45,806 bases of DNA from contig NW_014577088.1 in NCBI RefSeq assembly GCF_000485595.1, positions 920,876 to 966,681 of the forward strand, in the 5' to 3' direction. This stretch comes from Priapulus caudatus (taxonomy: Eukaryota). A program made the position numbers and the translations under genes. Shown here piece after piece: positions 24,212-35,732 of the stretch (positions are counted from its first letter, which is position 1; the number at the start of each line of letters is the position of its first letter). The notes below the pieces were generated by a model that had not been told where the DNA came from, searched no databases, and saw nothing but the letters and a program-made list of their open reading frames with translations.

Positions 24212-25689
24212 AGGTTTGCAAGACCTGACGAGGAGGTATGGAGCAGGGTATTTAGAAGGGGATCGGGAGGAAGTATACGGGATTATAAAGGTTTATAAAG
24301 TTTTCGAGAAATACACTCCGCGAAAGCAACTGGGAGGGTATACTTAGTGGGAGTGCTGGGCAGTGGATTAATGGGCATGTCGAAGGAATATGTTTAGAGG
24401 AATCGAGGTAGTCTTGCAAGGGCACTAGAAAGGGCGAGCCCACGCCGGGGTGTGGGAAAGTACGTCGAGATGGAACGCGGAAAGAATAAAAGAAAGAAGA
24501 GAGAAAAACAATCGAGAAGAGAGAAGCCAATACTGACAGTACTGATTGTACAGCATGATTGCTGGGACAGATGAAAATACACAACGATCCAATCGGAGCT
24601 GTCATGTTTGATTAGCATAATAAACGAACTGTTCTGCTTGCAAGGAGCAGGCATAGCAGTCATCGAGCGAACATCCACAGCAACCACCCTAGGCAGGAGT
24701 ATTATCTTAGTCAGTGTATTATCTTCGCCGGTGCCAGTACCGATTGTGATTCATCGACGTTCTCTGTTTTATCTGTTTCCTCGGCGCATCATCCTCGTTC
24801 AGCAAAAAATAAAAATCATCATCTTGGATAAGCACAGCTACATAGAATGTCGCGATGCTTATTTGCGAAAGAGAAATTCTACCTGCGAACTGAGTAAATA
24901 AATGCTGCGTGGCTATAGCGAAGGTTTTAGTGCTGGTAGCGAATTTGTTTCCTCAGCTGGATATTCATGAGAAAACGCGAGAAAATACATTCGTGCGGAG
25001 GAAAGATTAGAAGACGGCGAAGCCGGGCTGGTTACTGGGACGGGCTATAAAGCACATATATTCAGCTAGCAGCTCCCACCAGCTGTCATATTGATGGGGG
25101 AATGTCGGGGATTGATTGCAGTTAAACTAAAAATGCATAAATATTGGCACGAATAAACCAGACTTAAACAAACAGTGCTAATACTACAGCAAATAATGCA
25201 TATATGTTCAGAACGCATATAAGTAAAGGTAATTATAACGAAGCGAGAGAGCATCGGTTGTTCTAGAATATACGCATCACAAATTTAGAAACTAACTCGG
25301 TGTTGCGCACGAACATGCACCCGTCTGCCAGTGAACTACCCAATGGCGACCACACACCGACGCATCCATCACCCCAATGCAAACGACATCACCATTTCCA
25401 TGGTAACCACATATATGCATGCTGGTGACGTAGCGATCCTCGCTGCTACCGGTCACCTTCACGTACCTGCATGCACAACGTGAAAGCAGACAAGGCGGCG
25501 GCGGCGTCTGCAATATAGTATACACGCCACTCGCTACCCTTGTACCCCAAATCCGTGTTGAATCCGGGTGGGATCGGTGGAAAAACGCGGCAAAACACTA
25601 CAAGTCAGAGCAGTTAAAGCCCACTCTATATATACTGAGACGAAAACCTTTTAACGCTTTTCTGTGTAGCATTAGTCAGTACGGCTGAG

Positions 25690-25923
25690 AGGGTCTATGC
25701 CCCCCAGGGTACTGCCGGAACGTACCCTGGGTACGGTCCGGTATACCGGAACGTACCCTGGTACTATATGCCGAACCGTACCTCGCCTACTCCACTAACG
25801 TGTCTAGGGAGTCGCCTACGCCTACTCCCTAAGTAACCCTAACCCTAACCCTAACCATATCAGATACTTACCAGGGTACCCAGGATCATACGTTCCGGCA
25901 GTACCCTGGGGGACATAGACCCT
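25690..25923. mobile_element. TIR element containing (TAACCC)n
   Basis: AGGGTCTATGCCCCCCAGGGTACTGCCGGAACGTA versus TACGTTCCGGCAGTACCCTGGGGGACATAGACCCT (one mismatch). Telomere-type repeats at 25834-25856. No TSD found. Confidence 0.8.
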
Positions 25924-26579
25924 ATGAGCGTCAGTAGGACCTACGTCGGGACGACTATTTTTTATAGTTTAGCCTAGTACGCACGCTACGTAGGTATGCA
26001 CTATAGCTGGCTCGCGGCGATGGCCATTTGTATTTTCTCCGGTCAGTTTCAGATACGTTACAGTAACGTTATTTAGGTAATATCAGAAGCGCGATTTTTT
26101 CCATTACGTTGCCAGTAGCATTGAGTTAGGGTAGAGCAGAGTTACCAAGACACTGTAGCAAAGTGGTTACTATTCTATGACATAAGTAAATTACGCGATA
26201 TTCGTGTAAAAAATGCGCGACATGCCACGATCCCCGCATATAGCGACGTAACTCTCTCTCTGCTCTGTCCACGACCGATGTGCTGACTGCTAAGGGGTGT
26301 GATATACAGTGCTGATACACTACAGCTCGCCGCAGTGAACCCCTGCTCAGTTAATGGCAGGCCAGCTGCAGTAATGTCAATATGCGGGAGGGAGCACGCA
26401 GCACGCCTGCAGACGGGGGAGCAGTAAAATACTCGGACTCGTAACGATGTGCTTTCGTTAGACTGATGCCACGGTCGCGAACGGCCGCGCGGCGAGGGCT
26501 GGCGTCTGCGACAGATTAGATGTATGCGCGATAGAATCAGTCCATACGTGTGCGACAGGCGACGTTGGTGATGCTGAAC

Positions 26580-26843
26580 GGGTCGTTGTCGTATCAGGTA
26601 CTACAGATATGTACCCGAGGTAGTTTTAGGTTGTTTAGTATTATGTTTATATTTTTAGATGAGGTATGTTTAGGGTTAGGGTTAGGGTTAGGGTTAGGGT
26701 TGGGGTTAGGGTTAGGGTTAGGGTTAGGGTTAGTGTTAGTGTTAGGGTTAGGGTACACTTCTGTAGCACAAGACTGGTACACTTTGTGTATACATATATG
26801 TACCTCGGGTACATATCTGTAGTACCTGATACGACAACGACCC
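26580..26843. mobile_element. TIR element with perfect 43-bp TIRs enclosing 14 telomere-type hexamers
   Basis: TIRs at 26580-26622 and 26801-26843 (GGGTCGTTGTCGTATCAGGTAC...). 26670-26753 comprises 11 TTAGGG, 1 TTGGGG and 2 TTAGTG. No TSD found. Confidence 0.85.
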
Positions 26844-28099
26844 CATCTGCGTTAGTGATAGATACATGTATAGATTTTCTTATTAAATCGTCAACGTGAA
26901 GCATGACCTCCTAGCAGAGCGGCTAGCTGGCATGCAGACGTGCCCGCGCGTCGCCCTATACGCTCTCTCGCTCTGCATGGCTTCTGGCACACTATACTCC
27001 AGAGGCAGCGATAGTATCACAGATGAACTCTGACTGAATATACAACTAGTTCTCCTTAACCACTTTGACGCTTTTATGATTGTCGCCCTGCTATGCGTTT
27101 TCAAGTAGAATGCTACAATCTGTAAACTGGTAGCATGCGCTGGAAGATCGCCAGGGTGGAGCACTACCGGAGTGTGCTGAAGTCGGTTTTGTTGAATGCG
27201 GGTGATGCCGAGGAGGGGGGTAATGTGGGGTGAGATTGGTCTGCCAGTGCAGGTGACAGCAGGATGCGGTGGTTTGGCATTGCCATGTGGTTAGTACGTG
27301 GTGGTCGATGAGCCGTGCGATGGGTGTTAAAGTGATGGGGAGTATGGGAATCAATGCAAGACGGTTACGGTTGGGGTGGCAATGTGAAATTATATCAGCT
27401 GAGAGATTGAGGAGACGTGGCGGTCTGGGGAGTCGGTAGGTGAAATATGACGGGCAGTAGGGATGTGATGTGGGATAGGGGCTTGAGTAGAACGAGTTGC
27501 AATGTGAGTGAGATATGATGCTGCGGTGTTTGAAGGCACTGACGTGAAATGGGTACGATGACAGATGTGTGCGAGGGAACCAGGAGCGGGCTGATAGATG
27601 TGGGCGGAATGAGGGGTGTAAAATAGTCAGCCGAACGTGCAGTAGATCGCCAGAAATGTTTATCCAACCGTTTTCATCTTGAAAAACGCTCCTGCTTTCG
27701 AAACCAAGAACCACCGTGTAGGGAGTTACTGTTGTTATGTATCCGTGCTATACATAGACAAACAGACACGGGCCTATTTCTTCGTTGTATTATTGTATTT
27801 ATTTTTTGTATTTTGTTATTCATTGTATTTTTTTGTATTATCGTTGTATTTATTGTATCATTCAGCAGAACGTGTGATTAACCATCCACTAGCCAGCGAC
27901 AGAACCGCCACATAGTTAATTGCGCGCTTTGCATATGACCCGACCTTCCTTCTAGTGCATCTGCTACTTCCGCATAACGTGCTGAGCAGCACAATCGTGG
28001 GATATGCTAATCGTCCTAGCACGTAACACACCCAGCAAATACATCTCTCTGCGTATAACATGCAGAATGACACCACATTGAGACATGCTAACATACGTA

Positions 28100-28370
28100 T
28101 TCTTCTTCTTCTTCTTCTCGGGTCACCACACTAAACTCGACCTAGCCACTGCAGCACGCAGGACCTGGCACGGTGGTTGAAAACCTCAAGGGCTCTAGGT
28201 CTACAGGGCTCTGGTTGTACGCATTGTGGTGCAAGTTTGACACGTATGCTGAGCAGCCTTAGCAAATGCTAATCTGTCTATGGCTTCCCCATGGGATCCC
28301 CCATTTATCCCCTCCGCAATAGCTCATGATACCCCAACGGGCCCACCCTCCCATGCCTTCTCGTGCCAAC
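28100..28370 (-). mobile_element. Possible decayed 3' end of a non-LTR retrotransposon (RTE-like)
   Basis: Minus strand ends in a (GAA)n tail (~28101-28118). An upstream frame reads DKWGIPWEAIDRLA, reminiscent of RTE ORF C-termini; judged by eye only. Confidence 0.25.
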
Positions 28371-28643
28371 GATGCAAAAACGAACGAGCGAATAGCCAGC
28401 CTAACCATCGTTACTCAAACATAAACACTCGATTAAAATTGCACTTGCTATTCCAAAAAAGATCGACAGATTCAAGCAAAATCAGTTATAGTTATTCAGA
28501 GAAAATCTACTAGACGTTCCACGAACGCCGTAAGCGATGTCGGATACGCGAGCAGGCAGGAGAGAGAGAGGAAGAAAGAGAGTGAGAGAAACAGCGAGAC
28601 AAAGAGAGAGAGAGAGAGACAGAGAGAGAGGGAGAGCGCACGC

Positions 28644-29137
28644 NNNNNNNNNNNNNNNNNNNNNNNNNNNNNNNNNNNNNNNNNNNNNNNNNNNNNNNNN
28701 NNNNNNNNNNNNNNNNNNNNNNNNNNNNNNNNNNNNNNNNNNNNNNNNNNNNNNNNNNNNNNNNNNNNNNNNNNNNNNNNNNNNNNNNNNNNNNNNNNNN
28801 NNNNNNNNNNNNNNNNNNNNNNNNNNNNNNNNNNNNNNNNNNNNNNNNNNNNNNNNNNNNNNNNNNNNNNNNNNNNNNNNNNNNNNNNNNNNNNNNNNNN
28901 NNNNNNNNNNNNNNNNNNNNNNNNNNNNNNNNNNNNNNNNNNNNNNNNNNNNNNNNNNNNNNNNNNNNNNNNNNNNNNNNNNNNNNNNNNNNNNNNNNNN
29001 NNNNNNNNNNNNNNNNNNNNNNNNNNNNNNNNNNNNNNNNNNNNNNNNNNNNNNNNNNNNNNNNNNNNNNNNNNNNNNNNNNNNNNNNNNNNNNNNNNNN
29101 NNNNNNNNNNNNNNNNNNNNNNNNNNNNNNNNNNNNN
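28644..29137. other. Assembly gap
   Basis: N run. Confidence 1.
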
Positions 29138-30017
29138 ATCGCGTAGTGTGTCCACAGAGTCGCCCGATTGAGCCGGCCGGCTCGATCGCATGAAAAATCG
29201 CGTAGTGTGTCCACGATTTAATTAAGACATCAAATTGCGCCCCCAATTAATCATTGCGCCCCCGAATTAAGAGATGAGGCATTGAGAATCTTACTATGCC
29301 TATAAATAAGGCTAAGTACATTTTCTCATTTAAAAAATGACATAATATCGAATATAATTTGGAGTAAATGAGGCCAGAGGTCTGTTGTAATATCTATCAT
29401 ATTTACGGCGGTAAAATCCGTGACATGGAGGCTGACATATTATTTTCCCATTATGCATTGCGCAACACGAATGAATTTCGGTCAATGAAATTTGTATTAT
29501 TGGCTCTTCTCATGCACAGTCAATCTGATGACTATGACTCCCAGCATGACTCTACTTCAGAGAGCTTCAATAGAATTAGGCTGAAGTGAACCACGTCAAG
29601 AAATAAAAACCTAAAATCTGCAAAATGGCCCTTGAAGTTTTTGTGGGATATGTCATAACTGTCGAGCGAATATCAAAAATCAGAGTGCAGCGAATGAGTC
29701 CAGCTTCAACAACCCAAGTATTTTATTTATAGCTACTAGAATATTGCAACATTATAATATACTTAATTGAATATTATATATATATGGTATATTTGTGACG
29801 TGCTTGAAATCTGTTTCGGTCTGGGGAGAGATCTTACGGTCCTGTAAAAATACAACTTTACAGGACCGAATGTCCTGTAAAAATAAGACCAATTGGCAAC
29901 TCCTCGACGAAACACAAGAAAGGAAGGCACGTGAGATACACAACGCACCAATCTGAGAAGCTACTCAATACAAAGCACTAGACGATCACGCGATGCGAAA
30001 AAACGAAACGACATAAA

Positions 30018-30177
30018 ATAAAGACAGCTATAAGGTAAATCCATATAAAGACAGCTATAAGGTAAATCCATATAAAGACAGCTATAAGGTAAATCCATAT
30101 AAAGACAGCTATAAGGTAAATCCATATAAAGACAGCTAAAATCTAAATCCATATAAAGACAGCTATAAGGTAAATCC
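30018..30177 (+). repeat. 27-bp minisatellite ATAAAGACAGCTATAAGGTAAATCCAT, 6 copies
   Basis: Counted directly; the inverted arm carries 12 copies. Confidence 0.95.
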
Positions 30178-30543
30178 AGGCGGGATAGCGACACGCGAGC
30201 TAAAAGCAGATGCAATAAAGGCTCCCTGATATAAAGACACATGAGATAAAGCCATGCGGGATAAATGCCCACAAGATAAAGCCCTGCTGAATAAAGGTAC
30301 ATAGAGAGAATGCAGATAAGATGAAGCAGACGAGATAAAAATATGATAAGCTGACAACATAAGCTGACAACACGAGATGGTCAACAACAATACTAAGATT
30401 CTCAACTATAAATAGTAACACATTAGCATAATAGGGCGTCTGAAAATCCGACCGTTGCTAAAAATCACCAGATAGAAATATGTCCAACGCAAAAAGAACA
30501 AAATACATGTAATTTTGTTCCAGTAACGGATACCTATATATAT

Positions 30544-31146
30544 CAAGAGTAGATAATAGGGAAGGTGTGTGACTTCAATAAACAAGAGAAATTCGTCATT
30601 CACTAGCCTTAGAATACCTACGATTTACAACGCGTAACTCAACCAACTTGAGCTCAAATCGTACACAGTACATTCGCCTAGGATCGTGCGAAATCGTTTC
30701 CTCGTATACACCCGCAATGCGGAGATACAGACTAAAACGTACGACACGATTTTCCATTATGTTGCCAGAAAACTGAATGTGTAAACCGCCGAACTCGAAA
30801 CAAAAGGCAGCTGTAAATAGGTAAAAGATTAGCTCAGCGAGCCACACCGCATCGCCGAGGGCGCAAGAGTCGTTAGTAGCTGCCTTTTGTTTCGAGTTAG
30901 GCGGTTTACACATTCAGTTTGCTGGCAACATAATGGAAAATCGAGTCGTACGTTTTAGTCTGTATCTCCGGATTGCGGGTGTATACGAGGAAACGATTTC
31001 GCACGATGCTAGGCGAATGTACTGTGTACGATTTGAGCTCAAGTTGGTTGAGTTACGCGTAGTAAATCGTAGGTATTCTAAGGCTAGTAAATGACGAATT
31101 TCCCTTGTTTATTGAAGTCACACTCCTTCCCTATTATCTACTTCTG
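30544..31146. mobile_element. 603-bp foldback element, 269-bp TIRs, CAAGAG family
   Basis: Arms 30544-30812 and 30878-31146 with a 65-bp spacer. First 15 nt (CAAGAGTAGATAATA) are identical to the 6017 element. Inserted in (AT)n, so TSD length is ambiguous. Confidence 0.88.
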
Positions 31147-31164
31147 ATATATATATAGATATAT

Positions 31165-31238
31165 CAAGAGCTAATAATGGCTATTAGGTACCTACCATAT
31201 GTCCTATAATAATATATATTAAGTATTATTAGCTCTTG
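31165..31238. mobile_element. 74-bp mini TIR element, CAAGAG family
   Basis: CAAGAGCTAATAAT ... ATTATTAGCTCTTG, ATAT flanks, followed by (TA)n to ~31320. Confidence 0.7.
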
Positions 31239-31324
<86 letters not shown>

Positions 31325-32399
31325 CATACGTATATACCACACTGCGACTGAGTTGCTGCATATCGACTTCTATAGGAGCTTCTTACTAAGATTCCAAACG
31401 TTTTATCTGAGGTTTATACCATACATTTTACATCGTCCGTTATCTAGCGGTCATTCATCGCGGGCTACTGGCAAGTTGATGATAGCATTTATTGCGGCTA
31501 CAGCATAAACTGATTCCATTTATGTGGCGACGGTTGCGAGTAATCCCTGACCTTAATCCAGGTCGAGATTTACATTGTTACTGCCGCTTCACACATTTTA
31601 CAGGTCGCATGCATCGGAGAAGCTCTGATTTCAAAGCGTAGCGTGAAAGTCTGTGTCCTCTTCTGTGACACACACGCTGTCCCAATGTGTAACTTATGCA
31701 GGTACACACTGTGTAACAGAGACATATCCATGCAGCCGTAGTGCTACGTTTCCTCTGCATGCGTGATAAGGTGCACTCAACACTCCTGTATGACACGCTG
31801 CTGTTATTCAGGTGCAACAAGGGGGTGGTGACACGTTTCCCTTCTGTACAAATTAGCACGCTTTCTTGAGGCATAGATCCCTAGGTTCGCTTCAAGTAAC
31901 GCTGGTAATACGTGCAATTACAAAGGTGAGTGACGCTGACGCGCGTACGCCGCAGCAAATTCGGTTCCGTAATCTGCATACAAGTGCTAACGATGATGTT
32001 CATGCTGCGATGAAGCTGCTACTGGTGATTAGCGAAACCAAACTGCTTCCTTCTTCGAACTTAGCAGCATCAGCAGTGCTTTAATTGATCATCCGGCAAA
32101 GCGTTCACTGTAACTAGTCGCGTACTCGCCGCCAATTATCACCACCTTCGGCAGCCAGGCGGAGCGATGAAGATAGTGCGCGTCGACTCAGATAGGATCA
32201 GCGGCGGCGACCGCAGCAGCAGCAGCGTTGACAGCGAGCTGGCTTTCCTGATTGCAAATTCTTAGCCGCATATATTGGCATTGATCACGGCTAATGGATT
32301 CGCTGGCCGCAATATGGCGGTCGGCTAGTTTTCCCTTACGCTGACCAGTACGTCGTCGATGACGTAGATCACGGCGGCGGTTGCGCTCATAGTTCAGCG

Positions 32400-32503
32400 T
32401 GACGTCACATGGTATGGCTCACGGCACAGAGTATCGTTACGCCGGTAGCCGTCACGGCATGGCGTGACGTCAATCGACGGTGTAACGCCACGGCGTGACG
32501 TCA
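32400..32503. promoter_or_regulatory. Cluster of three full CRE palindromes (TGACGTCA)
   Basis: Sites at 32400, 32465 and 32496, each preceded by GCG. Function is inferred from the CREB/ATF consensus only. Confidence 0.3.
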
Positions 32504-32533
32504 CCTGGTAGTGCTCACGTCAGACAGTGATAC

Positions 32534-32568
32534 CATAGAACTAGAATAGATTCTATTCTAGTTCTATG
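32534..32568. mobile_element. 35-bp perfect palindromic micro-element with CATAG...CTATG ends and 8-bp TSD
   Basis: CATAGAACTAGAATAGA-T-TCTATTCTAGTTCTATG. AGTGATAC is duplicated at 32526-32533 and 32569-32576. Also present in the inverted arm at 36566-36600. Confidence 0.85.
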
Positions 32569-33900
32569 AGTGATACTAGCACAGCAGGCAAACATAGAAA
32601 CAAACGCACGCACACTCACGCGCGAGCATCAGTACGTCTGCACCCGCGCCAAAGCAATTGGAGCCGCAATGCATACACTCGCGCAAATATACGTATAAAA
32701 AATTCAGATTAGTTTTCAACGTAATCAGTGCGAATTCAAAGTGTGCAGTTATAGAACAGATTGCAATTATAATATGTATCTTCCTCGCATAGAGACAGCT
32801 TCTGGGAGAAATGAAGTCCCGACGCAGATACACATATTTTGATATTTTGCGGATGGCGCGGTTGCACGAGCACATTTTCAAGAACGGCATTTCGGGGATA
32901 GACGGTCGCTCGCAGTTGCATTATGATTTCGTTACTTGGTATCGTGCCTGACTACTGTGTAAACTTCCACCAAGCTCGCCCGCCTAAAAGACTGTTTCGT
33001 ACTCTATATATAGATAAGACAAATATAGATAACGTGCAACACAGTTTTACACGTTTTCTTTCACGGAAAGCCGACCTTCCTCTCTACTGCCGAGGCCGTT
33101 TTTGCACACAAATTTTTCCGTTTATGATCATAATGATATAACACACAGCTATCCAGCTTCTTATACACTACTGCATCATTCCCTTCTTGCGCATGCCCCT
33201 TGCAGCTAAATGCAATACAACTTTTAGCCCGCCTACGAATATGCGTCTTCGCAAAAATATGAATTCCCGAAAAGGACGGGGTGCATTTGATTTGACAAAT
33301 TGACCATGAATACAATCAGTTTGTATACTGTCAGTGAATACTATCAGTTATTGATAGACTCCTGATACAATAAAGAGTCCATAATATACAATTTTGAACT
33401 CTTGATAGTTGATACAATAATAGGTAAATAATCTCAATGGGTTATATATCGTCTGGTATTAAACGCGCATAGGGCCGTGCGTTCACGTTTACGAAGTATG
33501 TCAAGTTAACATGGGGCTCACGTTTCACCAACACTTATCGCTAATGGACAGAACTCATATACCCCGGTCCCTCGCTCTGCCCCTCCTTTCTCTTTCAGAG
33601 TGCTTTCCCTGTTGTTCCCACCTCTTCCCGTACCTTCCTCTCCCTCCCGCCGCTCTACACTCTTCTCTCTCAAACTCACCCAATTCTCTTTATCTACCAT
33701 CTTTCTTTATATCTCGCTTTATCTTTCTCGCTATATATCTATCTAACGGTCTGTCTGTTTCTGTCTGTTTCTGTCCGTCCGTCCGACTGTATGTCTGTCT
33801 GTCATCTCTTCATCTCTCTCCACCTTAACTTCATCTTCCTGCCGCCTCTGTCACTAAGAGTTTTTTTTAGTATTCTCACTAGATGTGTTTGAAAGACATG

Positions 33901-34364
33901 ATTATTGTGTTTAGGTTTGATGTGGCACTAAATGATATAGATGTCCCACAATAAACGACCCCCTCGGAGCTATAGTGTACGCTTCATACTAGAGCGATTT
34001 TACTAGAGCGACTAGATACTGTACCTAGCCGTGCGTGTATATAGCGTGCTAGCCGTGCTGTGCGTATAGTTCGAACATTCGCCCACTACGCGCTGCTGGA
34101 CACGGGAACGCTACCCATGCAAGCACGCCCTACACAACAAGCGCATAGTACCAGCTTCCTTCGCTCACATTTCCTACATTTTACCGACATGGACGCTCTA
34201 CTCGCAAGTTAGCTGGTGAAGCAATTGAGCTGCCAACCCACCGCACTGTTAGAAACAACACACTGACTCGTGTATGCGCGCGTGCATACGCGCATTATCA
34301 GTCCACTCTTCTCCCTCCCCATATACCCCGCTTTCATTTTCTCTCTCTCTCTCTCTCGCTCTCG

Positions 34365-34410
<46 letters not shown>
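33901..34410 (+). repeat. Segment duplicated in inverted orientation at ~42400-43008
   Basis: ATTATTGTGTTTAGG...CCCCGCTTTCATTTTCTCTC matches the reverse complement of ~42565-43008; the (GA)n tract lengths differ. Confidence 0.92.
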
Positions 34411-34412
<2 letters not shown>

Positions 34413-34697
34413 AGAGACAGAGAGAGAGTTGAGTAATGAGATGCGACGGATACAGAGGCTGCGGCGTGATCATCTGCGTCAACGCGGTAACACGCGCTAA
34501 CACGCAATCTCCGCGCTGACGCATCGAACGTGTACGTTTCGGTTATACGCGAATAAAATGACAATTTTCAATTACGGTATGAAATTAGAGGGCCAAGGTC
34601 GTATAAAGCTCGCGCGAAGAAAGCACGAGCGTAGTAAGTACAGCCAGCAGCACCGTCTGCACTGTAGAGCGCACCGAGATTCACAGTGCGCGCGACC

Positions 34698-35168
34698 CAC
34701 AAGCACTTGGAGCGTTTCAATAAGATATAATGCTAAATAAATACGAAATCGATTTACTACCAAAGTCTTAATGTTTCTCTACTCTCTTTCGCCTATTATT
34801 GCCGACAATTTCCTGTAAATTCCGTGCACATGCTCCTCTGCAACACACATGTCCACCGCACGCACGCTGCCGCACACTGACACATAAATATATGTACTAT
34901 ATAAACTACACTATATAACTATATATTATTATACTACACTATACAACTATATATACTACACTCTATACTTATGTGTCAGTGTGCGGCAACGCGCGGCAGC
35001 GTGCGTGCGGTGGACATGTGTGTTGCAGAGGAGCATGTGCACGGAATTTACAGAAAATTGTCGGCAATAATAGGCGAAAGAGAGTAGAGAAACATTAAGA
35101 CCATGGTAGTAAATAGATTTCGTATTTATTTAGCATTATATTTTATTGAAACGCTCCAAGTGCCTGTG
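34698..35168. mobile_element. 471-bp foldback element, ~190-bp TIRs, 8-bp TSD; same family as 23441-23723
   Basis: CACAAGCACTTGG ... CCAAGTGCCTGTG. GCGCGACC is duplicated at 34690-34697 and 35169-35176. AT-rich repetitive spacer at ~34887-34968. Confidence 0.92.
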
Positions 35169-35621
35169 GCGCGACCGACCTGTGAGCAGTGCAAGCAGCA
35201 CCGATATCATTGCCAATTAACAAGCGCTGCAAGTACGCCACGTTATCGACACGCTATCGGCGCTCAGACTATAGCCGCATTGCTAACGTTTCAGTTCATA
35301 TAAATATTCGCGCAACGGCCGTAAGACTTTATTGCAGCACCGTAAAACGACATTTACGGCCGGGCATCAGCGAGCCTATCTCTAGATCTACCCGCACCGA
35401 GGTGCCGGAATTGCGCCGCTGCGAGCAGTGGTGGCGGATTTGCCTCGTAGCTTCTAAACAAGCGCACCAAACAAGCGTGCAACTTGACCAGCCAACTTGA
35501 CAAGCCACCAAACAACTAAAGCCGCACCAAGCAAGCGTGCAATGAAGATCGCCTGAATACCTCACCAACGACGACATAGACATTGCCATTGCTAGTGTGT
35601 CTCTAAAGCTTGTGTCTTTAA

Positions 35622-35724
35622 AGCTGTGGACACACTACGCGATTTTTCATGCGATCGAGCCGGCCGGCTCAGTCGGGCGACTCTGTGGACACACTACGCG
35701 ACTGAGTCGGGCGACTCTGTGGAC
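35622..35724 (+). mobile_element. Left-end fragment of the GTGGACACACTA (Harbinger-type) MITE
   Basis: TAA-AGCTGTGGACACACTACGCGATTTTTCATGCGATCG...; truncated at the boundary of the inverted arm. Confidence 0.8.
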
Positions 35725-35732
35725 GAGAGATA

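Larger units (their letters stand above)
29138..33377 (+). repeat. Arm 1 of a ~4.3 kb inverted duplication (arm 2 at 35733-40155)
   Basis: Colinear reverse-complement match along the whole length, including all nested elements. Confidence 0.97.

Noticed and set aside
25540..25610. GTTGAATCC resembling a Pol III B-box (tRNA/SINE)
   Set aside because: No matching A-box or cloverleaf.
26670..26753. True telomere or chromosome-fusion site
   Set aside because: Only 14 units in a single orientation, enclosed within perfect TIRs.
28482..29246. ORFs of 218-346 aa here and at 40522-41646
   Set aside because: They span N-gaps (poly-X).
30018..30300. CRISPR-like appearance of regular repeats
   Set aside because: The 27-mers are head-to-tail with no spacers, the 15-bp array has only a 6-bp constant part, the context is eukaryotic, and there are no cas genes.
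33874..33910. TGAAAGACATG match to the 5' end of miR-71
   Set aside because: Only 11 nt match, the remainder diverges, and there is no precursor hairpin.
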